A DNA stretch of 60,947 bases, counting the filler, from Nemertoderma westbladi (Eukaryota > Animalia > Xenacoelomorpha), in the NCBI GenBank assembly GCA_032718475.1. It is 3 parts of 3 records of this genome, joined end to end, with 100 filler letters (N's around TTAATTAATTAA, not from the genome) between each part and the next. Parts side by side here need not be neighbours in the genome. Positions count along the whole stretch, not along the records: positions 15,123 to 39,063 come from JAUCBJ010006731.1; 2 more parts are not named here. One strand, 5' to 3'. Numbering within the stretch: position 1 is the first letter of the stretch; each line of letters opens with the position of its first letter. The translations under genes and the position numbers were made by a program. The notes under the pieces are model-generated. The model made no database searches. It worked only from the letters and a program-made list of their open reading frames with translations, and was not told where the DNA came from. Shown here in pieces: positions 24,611-33,856 of the stretch.

Positions 24611-26102
24611 AGGAGAACGTATCGTAGAAGTAACTGACGAATCACGGCAGACGCGCGCGCCTATCGGTGATGATTCTGAAGCAACGACGATCGGTGATCC
24701 TCTGGAGGAACTTCTTGAGATCGAAAGAAACCTTCCGAAGAAATCCCAGAAGGAGATTCTTCAACTTGAAGCAACAGATGCTGTAGTTTGTATACAACCT
24801 TCTGAAACCTACCAACCTGTAGACCCAGACGATTATGACTATAGTGTGGGAGGAAGCGCTCGACCAATTGGTGACCTTATATATGAGCGAGTGTGGTACC
24901 CTGCTAATACGATGTGTGGTAAATGTGGCGTCGCTGGACATCATTCAACGAAATTAAGCGGAAAACATATTACTACGACTCAACTGATTTGTGGATGGTG
25001 TGGAGACCAGGGATCCCATACGTTTTATACTTGCTGGAGATTTACGGCACAATGTTCATACTGCAATATAAAGGGACATCGAGCATCTGAATGTCAGTTG
25101 AGAGACATACCATATGAACACGAGTCGGTGAAACTCGTAAGAAAACTGATTGATAATTGGGAAGATTTAGCTGACGAACATGTATCGGCACAAAGAAGAC
25201 GATTCCCGATGAGAGCACACCTCGGATTTTGGGCGGTAAATCCTCAAACTATGATGTCGGAAGGATATATATCCGCTATGCCACAATATGATGAATTGAT
25301 AGAGGTAGTTGACATTTTGCCTCACGATAGTGGATTCAGGGTCGTGCGAGAATATTTATTGCAGATTCATCCAGACAATAAGAACACTTGGAATTTCCAG
25401 AAAGTCGTTAATCGTATCACATATGGTGAATTCGACCGCTTTCGAACTGAAAAGCGAAACAAGGGAGCTTGGTTAACAGTCGCATGGGCATACCGAGCCG
25501 CCTTCTACCATAAACGTATATGGTCGAGCGTATTCGAGGAATCGGAGATCCTAGAGGCGACCGACATACCAGCCACTCCGGTTGCGCCGTCTGCACGTCA
25601 CCCTCGGGAGGACGGACAGAACAGGATCATAAGGGTTCAGAAAGTGAGCCAACAATTAAAGAAAACTCTTAACATTGAAGAACGAAAGGGATTTGAGCCG
25701 ACTATTCGAGTTACTCGTGATACGGTGTCACTTCCAAGAGAACCGCGAGGAGGATTGGGACACATACCAGCCGATCAAAAGAGGGCGCAAGCTTCTCTTG
25801 GGTCTGCGCCGTCCGCTTCCAGCGCGTTCCAGGACGTTTTGCCATCGGTAGAACCAATTAATCGGTCACGAGGAGTCGGACGAGGATTTGGGTTTACTAA
25901 GAGGCGAGCTTGTGAGGAAATGGTCGCACCGTCTCCCAACGTCCAAGGTAAACTAGTGACTCGCCCCATAAGTCCTGTAGTACGAGCAAAGTCGCCTATA
26001 CACAGTTTTCGAGGACACGGCCGAGCCCAATCTACAAGCGGAAATGGAAGGCAAAGGGTGGACGGAAGACTCGCGAGCCTTTCTTATGATTTCATTTATT
26101 AG
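24597..26102 (+). CDS. BEL-associated accessory ORF B (~501 aa) with clustered zinc-knuckle-like motifs and a basic disordered tail
   Basis: ATG at 24597 overlaps the end of ORF A by 14 nt; CGKCGVAGHH, CGWCGDQGSHTFYTC, CSYCNIKGHRASEC (canonical CX2CX4HX4C); ends DGRLASLS. Confidence 0.78.
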   Translation: MLPYEGERIVEVTDESRQTRAPIGDDSEATTIGDPLEELLEIERNLPKKSQKEILQLEATDAVVCIQPSETYQPVDPDDYDYSVGGSARPIGDLIYERVWYPANTMCGKCGVAGHHSTKLSGKHITTTQLICGWCGDQGSHTFYTCWRFTAQCSYCNIKGHRASECQLRDIPYEHESVKLVRKLIDNWEDLADEHVSAQRRRFPMRAHLGFWAVNPQTMMSEGYISAMPQYDELIEVVDILPHDSGFRVVREYLLQIHPDNKNTWNFQKVVNRITYGEFDRFRTEKRNKGAWLTVAWAYRAAFYHKRIWSSVFEESEILEATDIPATPVAPSARHPREDGQNRIIRVQKVSQQLKKTLNIEERKGFEPTIRVTRDTVSLPREPRGGLGHIPADQKRAQASLGSAPSASSAFQDVLPSVEPINRSRGVGRGFGFTKRRACEEMVAPSPNVQGKLVTRPISPVVRAKSPIHSFRGHGRAQSTSGNGRQRVDGRLASLSYDFIY

Positions 26103-26129
26103 CATTATATAAAGATGCATATTATAGTT

Positions 26130-26420
26130 AGGTATGAAAGATTTATATTTAGAAAGTTATGCAATTTATATTTGAAAGATTTATATTTAGAAAGATTTAT
26201 ATTTAGAAAGTTATGCAATTTATATTTGAAAGATTTATATTTAGAAAGTTATGCAATTTATATTTGAAAGATTTATATTTAGAAAGATTTATATTTAGAA
26301 AGATTTATATTTGAAAGATTTATATTTAGAAAGATTTATATTTGTAATTATTCCGAACTTATGCAATTATATTTAGGTACAAAGTGAAATTGTTTATATT
26401 TAGGTACGAAAGTATTTGTA
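26130..26420. repeat. AT-rich 15-16-bp tandem array (GAAAGATTTATATTTA, with AGTTATGCAATT variants) in the BEL 3' UTR
   Basis: Read directly. Confidence 0.85.
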
Positions 26421-26623
26421 TTTGTAATTATTTGAATTTATGCAATATTTGAGATGCAATAGATTTATATTTGGTGAATTTAATTTAGATTTATATCTGG
26501 ATATTGTATCTACTTAATTAAAGCCTTAAATATGTACGCTTCAAGTATTTCATAATTTGATTTGTAATTATTGGTGAAAACCGTATATTTTATGCACGAT
26601 AATATCCTGTTTTCATGGAGCGG

Positions 26624-27283
26624 TATAGAATTATATCCTCACAAAAGCCGTGAAATTTCAAAATTTTATTTAGTTGGAATTAATTTGCATTATTTGATAG
26701 GTTCATATGTTATAAGATTACATTAAGTTCTCATTTGCATTTGGTATAGCTATTTGTACAACATTATTCAAGTGGTTCAGTAGCTCAGTTGGTTATGCGT
26801 TAGAAATTCGTTTGATAGGTATCGAATTCAAATCCTAGCAGGTGTAAATTGTTTTTTGTGCCAATTTTCAACTTATTTGAATTGACCGCTACGATTGAAT
26901 TGTATCTGCTCAAGGTAGATTAACCAATGTAATTGCAGTTATCTGACAGTAACCAATGTCGTGCAAGTTATGCGTTTGTTGGACCAATGGTTATCTTTAA
27001 AAACGTAATGGAACCTATAGAATGCTCTAGATTTGTCTAGATTATTGGCAGCACTAATTTACTATATAAAGGTGCGTTCGTGCAATTAGTTATCTCATCT
27101 TCTTGATTCATTTACATCTACTAAATGTATTTCACTTCTTAGATTATTCACTACTTCGTCATAATTTGTATTTTATTTCGTAATTTGTTCGTTATTTGTA
27201 ATAAAGTTAGAATTATTGTTACATCTGTTTTAACATGATTCACCACGGTGAACCCAACTGAAGGCTAAGCAGCGGGCCGCAGC
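26624..27283 (+). mobile_element. Putative BEL 3' LTR
   Basis: Follows GGAGCGG; three ACCAAT boxes (26922-26987), TATATAAA (~27063), AATAAA (~27200). Starts TA rather than TG; ends either 27236 (AACA) or 27283 (GCA). Confidence 0.5.
26773..26845 (+). pseudogene. tRNA-like segment (Pol III A and B boxes) in the putative LTR
   Basis: TAGCTCAGTTGG (A box/D arm) and GAATTCAAATCC (B box/T loop) at tRNA spacing; acceptor and anticodon stems do not pair well and there is no CCA. Confidence 0.6.
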
Positions 27284-29266
27284 AATGAACGGGAACATCG
27301 GCGGAATGTAGAAAGGAGACCACCCACAATATTGATTTATAGTTCTTCGCACATCGCCTGAAAGGTTAGACAACGTTTGATGCCTTGCTACCTAAGTGTA
27401 AGACCTGAGATCAAAGGTAGACGTAGTGACACGCTGTGCGCCAAAATTTAAATTTAGGAACTGTACTGTTTTGATTCTGGCAGAACCCGCGGTATTCCTT
27501 CACATTCCTACGGGGGGAGATAGAAGAGAGAGAGAGAATAGATACATGTACACAGATAAGGACGCAGGCACACCATTACGGGGCATGCACATTGGTAGGG
27601 TACATCAGAACTGTACGCCTAACTTATTTGCCATGTATAGGTGCGCTTGTGGCTTATTTTGTAGTACAACGGTGTCCATTGCTTGTATTGGAGTCTGTAG
27701 GCCAAGAGAAAGTTACCGTGTCTTGTCTGAATTAAGATTGTACCATTCAGGCGGTCGGGCAGTTTATTGTGCTAGGCGCATTACAAATAGGGCTATTTGG
27801 GATACTAACACCTACCGTGTCCCCGCCGACATCCTGATAAGAAGTTGCCATGCACACCTAGGCAACCAAAATTCTAGATAGGAGACCAGGCTAGCTATTG
27901 TAACTGTACGCCTACTGTAGTAAACTAACACATTTCTTCTTAGTATTAGGGACCTGGTAGATTTAAATTGCCGAATTCTGGGCGTAGTTACTAACCTTAT
28001 GCCTGAATTTGAGTCCTGGAAATACACAAAGGGGGAATGAGCCTTATCATCTGTGAGTATTAGACCTACAGACCACAAAATTAGAATATTAGTAAAATGC
28101 ACCACCGGACCCAGTAAATTATATAATATGAAGGAGTACAAAACAAAAATTCGATTATAAAGTTCAACACACACGCGTTTAGGAATTATTTACACCTCGA
28201 AATATATAAAATAATTTGTCCACGCCGCAGTTCGTCCGCTAGTTAGATATTTAGCTAGCAACCCCCACCCCATATAAATCACACCGTGGCAAAGTATACG
28301 AACGCCTTTAGTCCGTCAGCAAGTCAGCACGATTGTTAGGATTCGCTGCGCGGGATTTTGTATCATCGAAGTTTGTCCGTTCGTAGACTGTTTTCTGCCT
28401 CACCAGTTAATGACACCGATACTGCAATAGATTCGCTTACTTAGAGTTTACTGTTTTGGTGACAAGGTTGAATTTATGCTTTATGATTCACAGACTTTAC
28501 AGTAGGATATTGCAGGATTCACATATAGTAGAGATGTGATTTCGGAATCTACAAGCAATAGGAATAGCTTTGTAGATCTGGCCGATCAAACATCCCCAGA
28601 TTCACAGTTAAATTCTGGTTTAGAAACGGTGAAAAAAAAACCGAAAATTTTGACCAATTTGCATCGTAAATTTTGACCAATTTGCACTACCCACCCCCCC
28701 CCCCCCCCCCCCTCAACTAAGGCTAGTCTAGTGACTTGTCTCCAGTTCACCAATGGCTTGGTTGGTCGGGTTGGAAGATGAGAGTGGCCTCCAGCTCCCG
28801 AATCCCTATACCTTCACAACTTGGCCAACCTTGCGGCCCAGGGTTTGTGCTATAAATGTCAGCAGGAAAGGGAAAAGGAAATGGAAAGGGAAAAGGACCA
28901 CCGTGTGAGGGGGGGGGGGGGTGGGGGGGGGGGTCTACTGGAGATACCTACAATGACAAACTATATAGGATGTACGACGTATGACGTAATGAGTGATCGA
29001 ATCCGACTAGATGAAATGCCATAGAATATCTATCAAGGAGGAATAGGTAAAGAAAAAACGAAATCCAGAATTAATAACAAGAAAATTAATTATCGCAGAG
29101 AAGATGTGCCAAAATGATTTTGGAAGAGGTCGACTCTTTTTGTGTGAACCGTATGATACTGGGTATCTCGTTCCCGATAATAGGGCCCTGATACTGTATG
29201 CACATCTGTCCACGGACAGTACGAAAGCGAGGAATAGAGAAATTAGTATTGTATGAACCACGAGTG

Positions 29267-29450
29267 TTATAGTTCTGAACAGGTATGACAGGTTGAACAT
29301 AGTATATGAACAGTATTAGATAAACGAAAAAGATTTGTTAAACCATTAGGCAATGAACCATGAAACGCATTGAACATGAGCTTGGCTAAATATAACTTAT
29401 ACAAAGCTTGAATGGGCAAGATTTCTAGCCGACAATAAATATGAAAAAAG
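29267..29450 (-). pseudogene. CR1/L2-like LINE ORF2 C-terminal relic
   Basis: RLEILPIQALY...LMF....SLP....LF.....H pattern typical of CR1/L2 ORF2 ends. Confidence 0.5.
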
Positions 29451-29835
29451 TGCAATTGAGAAAGGTAATAAGAGCTAGAATATAAGCAGTAATATAGGGG
29501 GACTACATGTAATATCATTACTAACCTTGCTTTCCATACAATGTCCATCATAAGCCTGCAAAGAGATAAAATTAATAAATATAGTAGTGTATTTATGTAT
29601 TTTACATTAATTTACAAAAGGTATTCTTGGGTGCTGAATCCATTAGAAAATAATGGATAGTAACATTTACTGACAGTTAGTTGTTACCAGTATTAACAGT
29701 TATCCACTTTTCCCACAGGGTTTCCACCATGTATCCAATTTTTGCACAGCCTATCCAACAATTATCGAAAATGTATTTAAAAGGTGAATAATGTTCTCCC
29801 GGCTGTCTGGGATTTCACTTTTACATTTATTAAGG

Positions 29836-30505
29836 GCAGGTCTCCAAGGCCATGCAGGTCTCCAAGGCCATGCAGGTCTCCAAGGCCATGCAGGTCTCCA
29901 AGACCATGCAGGTCTCCAAGGCCATGCAGGTCTCCAAGGCCATGCAGGTCTCCAAGGCCATGCAGGTCTCCAAGGCCATGCAGGTCTCAAGGCCATGCAG
30001 GTCTCCAAGACCATGCAGGTCTCAAGGCCATGCAGGTCTCCAAGGCCATGCAGGTCTCCAAGGCCATGCAGGTCTCCAAGGCCATGCAGGTCTCCAAGGC
30101 CATGCAGGTCTCCAAGGCCATGCAGGTCTCCAAGGCCATGCAGGTCTCCAAGGCCATGCAGGTCTCCAAGGCCATGCAGGTCTCCAAGGCCATGCAGGTC
30201 TCCAAGGCCATGCAGGTCTCCAAGGCCATACAGGTCTCCAAGGCCATGCAGGTCTCCAAGACCATGCAGGTCTCCAAGGCCATGCAGGTCTCAAGGCCAT
30301 GCAGGTCTCAAGGCCATGCAGGTCTCCAAGGCCATGCAGGTCTCCAAGGCCATGCAGGTCTCCAAGGCCATGCAGGTCTCCAAGGCCATGCAGGTCTCCA
30401 AGGCCATGCAGGTCTCCAAGGCCATGCAGGTCTCAAGGCCATGCAGGTCTCCAAGGCCATGCAGGTCTCCAAGGCCATGCAGGTCTCAAGGCCATGCAGG
30501 TCTCC
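29836..30505. repeat. 18-bp minisatellite (CAGGTCTCCAAGGCCATG) x ~37 with 17-bp and AGACC variants
   Basis: Read directly; accounts for all repetitive ORFs at 29751-30546. Confidence 0.97.
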
Positions 30506-31918
30506 TTGAAATAATTTTACAGTTTTGTACCAGTACCACGTACTAATATTATAGTACCGGTATTGTATTTATGGCCTGACCGATTACTTGTCTTCGGATT
30601 TCCTCTGACGACGTCGAATCATATACGTGCCTGCTGGCGCTTCTCAACATTGTTGCCTGTGTAACGAAGGACATTGGCATATATCGAAAATATTGACCGG
30701 AGACCACGGTGATGAGAGTCATTCGTACGTCTGGATCATCCGTCAATGTTTCCCAACAAACCGATATTCATAACCGATAAACCGTCTCTCATTCACTGTT
30801 GTGAATGTGGTACAACAATGGACATGGTTGTTACTCGCAATGACATCCGGTATATTACTGGCCATGACTGGATGAGCCAATAGAGAGAAGGTCCAGTCGC
30901 TCAGTGAACGGTAGAGTTTCGAAAAAAACAATGCCACTACCTTAAGCCGGGATTAATTTCTAAAATGATTAGGATTAATGTGAATTAATTTAAAATCGGT
31001 CAGCACATAAAGACCATACTATCTCTAAGGCTGCTATCATGATATCAGTATAGTCTATTCATAGTATGTCAGTATGTGGTACTGGTACAACTATAAAATG
31101 CCTTTTTATATACATTTTCGATAATTGTTGGATGCAAAGATGGGATAACTGATAAGGAACCGGTAACAACTGTCAGTAAATAAATAATTAGAAATAATCC
31201 AATTTCTATAAATGGCAGTTTTAATCCTTTATGTAAGAAAAAAAATAACAAGTAAGCACTTTTAAGTTTGAACACAAAAATATTACTAGACATTTACTAT
31301 CCTATAAATTCACATTTTCAGGTTTTCTAGGGCGATGATTTTAATGGAATACATTTCTAATATGCCAAATCAGTGCTACCTGTATTTTTCACCGTAATTT
31401 GGCTAATTTTGGTACTAGCTCCAAATTTCGTACCCATCAACAAAAAGTACAAGTTTGTGATGTCCAGCGCTGTTTTTATTGATTCCATCGGATTCAGGGC
31501 CCTCAAAAACCCGTATAACGCACGAAACAAGATGATATTATCTGATGAACAATTTGCTCTTTTTCAAAAATTTGGTGCTGGCACAAACATTTTCACACAC
31601 CGGTGAAAAATACACGTTTGAAAATACTTATGCAATTTTTGCTTATTTAAATTAATTTAGAACCCTCACAAACCCGTATAACGCAAGAAACAAGGTGACA
31701 CAATTAATTGATATAATTGACAGGTTTCAAAATAATTTGGTGCTAGCACGAAATTTTGCACCCACTTCCGAAAAATACATGTTTGGCTTGTCTAACGGAA
31801 TAATTATTTACTCCACTGAATACAGAACCACTATAAACCACTAAAATTCGAGAAACAACTTGTCACAATCAATTAAACTATTGAACGGATTTTCTAAATT
31901 TTGTGCTGGCAATTTGTG

Positions 31919-33466
31919 CGGGGGGGGGGTCAATATGACCCCCCCCCCCGTGGTTTTTTTATTATAATTCTGAAACAAACGCAGTTGGGAATCTGAAATT
32001 TTATGACTTTTCCTAAAAATCTATTGTCTTCCTATTAGTGAAAACCGTTTTCAAAAATATTGGGTACTTTTCGAGTTATAGCACCATTTTTTAACACTAC
32101 TTTTGGCACTTTTTTTGAGACGTTTTTTGAAAATTACATTTCATTAAATATGAATTGTAACATCTCTATTTTCGATTTACCCCGGTTTTTTGGTGTTAGA
32201 AATTGGATGGAATTCCTATAAATTGATTTAGAAATTTCAAACTTGTTTTTTTCGGTTGGTGCAAAATTTTGGTGCCAGCACCAAATTTTGAAATATGTCA
32301 ATTTTGTAAATTGATTGTTTGAAACTTGTTTTTTTACGCAATTGGGGTTTTTTGGGGTTTTGGATTCGATAAAATATATACGAGTTGCACCAAGCGTATC
32401 AAACTTGTATTTTTTCGGTGCTGTGTTCAAATTTTGGTGCTAGCACGAAATTTTGAAAATCCATTCAATAGATAAAATTGCTTGTGACAATTTATGTCTT
32501 GCGTTTTAGAGGTTCATGGCTGTTCTGAATTCAATGGCATATATAATTATCGAACTAGACATTTCAAACTTGTATTTTTCGGATGTGGGTGCAAAATGTG
32601 GTGCTAGCACCAAATTTTGAAAACCATCAAATAAATCAATTGATTGTGTCACCTTGTTTATTGCGTTATAGGGGTTTGTGATGGTTCTGAATTCAATGGA
32701 ATCAGCAAAAATTTCATAAGAGTTCTCAAACTTGTATTTTTCGACGGTGGGTGAAAATTGTTGTGCCAGCACCAAATTTTGGAAAATATGCAAATTGATC
32801 AGTAGATAGTATCACCTTGTTTCTTGCGTTATACTGGTTTATGAGGGTCCTGAATCCGATGGAATCAATAAAAACAGCACTGGACATCGCAAACTTGTAC
32901 TTTTTGGTGATGGGTACGAAATTTGGTGCTAGCACCAAAATTTGCCAAATTACGCCGAAAAATACAAGTAGCAATGATCTGGCATATTAGAAATGTATTC
33001 CATTAGAATCAGGGCCCTCGAAAACCTGAAAATGTGAATTTATAGCATCGTATAAGTGAATTAAAAATTTTGTGTTCTAACTGAAAAGTGCTGGTTACTT
33101 GTTTTTTTCATTTTTTTCCTACGCAGAGAGGACTAAACAGCCATTTATAGTAATCATATCATTTTTAAATATTTTCCAATGTATTTTGCGCCCCAGAAAA
33201 CCTGTATTGAAAAAAAATAATTAGCCGAAAATGTAACTTTCAAATTTTGTGAAAATTGTGCACTACTTGTAATTTTGGTGCTGCAATATAACCACCCCAG
33301 TACATTTTTTCGAAATTTTTTTTTTCGGTGGGATCCAGACAAGTGATACCTACGTACAAACAAAAAATCAGACGTTTTCGTAAATATTTGTAGATTTTAG
33401 AGGGGGGGGGTCAATATGACCCCTCCCGGTATTTGTACAACATTTTATAGCCCGGTACTAATAGGG
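31919..33466 (+). mobile_element. Non-autonomous piggyBac-type element, copy 3 (left tip missing)
   Basis: Same sequence as copies 1 and 2; right end TAATAGGG|TTAA intact; left TTAACCCTATTAAACC absent. Confidence 0.92.
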
Positions 33467-33856
33467 TTAAAAATACAAGTTTCATATCCCTGGTGCAACT
33501 CGTATATATTCCATCGAAAAAAGAACCCCAAAAGACGTATTATAATATTACACTTATATATAAAACTTAAATATTGTGCAAAAAACAGGTTCAAACAATC
33601 AATTTACAAAATTGACTTATTTCATAATTTGGTGCTATGCTGGCACCAAAATTTGGCATCCACCGAAAAAAACACGTTTGAAATTTCTAGTCTATTTTTT
33701 TTTTTTTTTTTTTAATAACTACACACCAGTCGGGGTAAAATCACTGTATATTAATTAATTTTAATTAAATACCATAATAATATTATATACACCGAAATAA
33801 CATGGTAATTATTGAAGTCGATACAGTACAGTTTAGTTAGGCCTTATATTGATTTA

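Larger units (their letters stand above)
15123..27283 (+). mobile_element. BEL/Pao LTR retrotransposon (5' end lost at the gap), interrupted by a LINE and a piggyBac MITE, with accessory 3' ORFs and a putative 3' LTR
   Basis: RT, RNase H, HHCC-integrase and DUF5641-like tail in BEL order; GRLASL-type motif shared by pol, spacer and 3' ORFs; PPT-like GGAGCGG at ~26617. The right boundary is approximate. Confidence 0.8.

Noticed and set aside
23726-26102. Envelope gene of the BEL element
   Set aside because: No signal peptide, transmembrane helix or fusion-protein pattern visible.
26773-26845. Functional tRNA gene
   Set aside because: Acceptor and anticodon stems do not pair; kept only as tRNA-like.
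29751-30546. Repetitive proteins (RSPRPC, LQGHAG, MQVSKA)
   Set aside because: Translations of an 18-bp minisatellite; 17-bp units shift the frame freely.
30549-30937. Possible FLYWCH/MULE-like fragment (FIGYEYRF)
   Set aside because: Only a few residues resemble the motif; no Cys/His pattern or DDE core.
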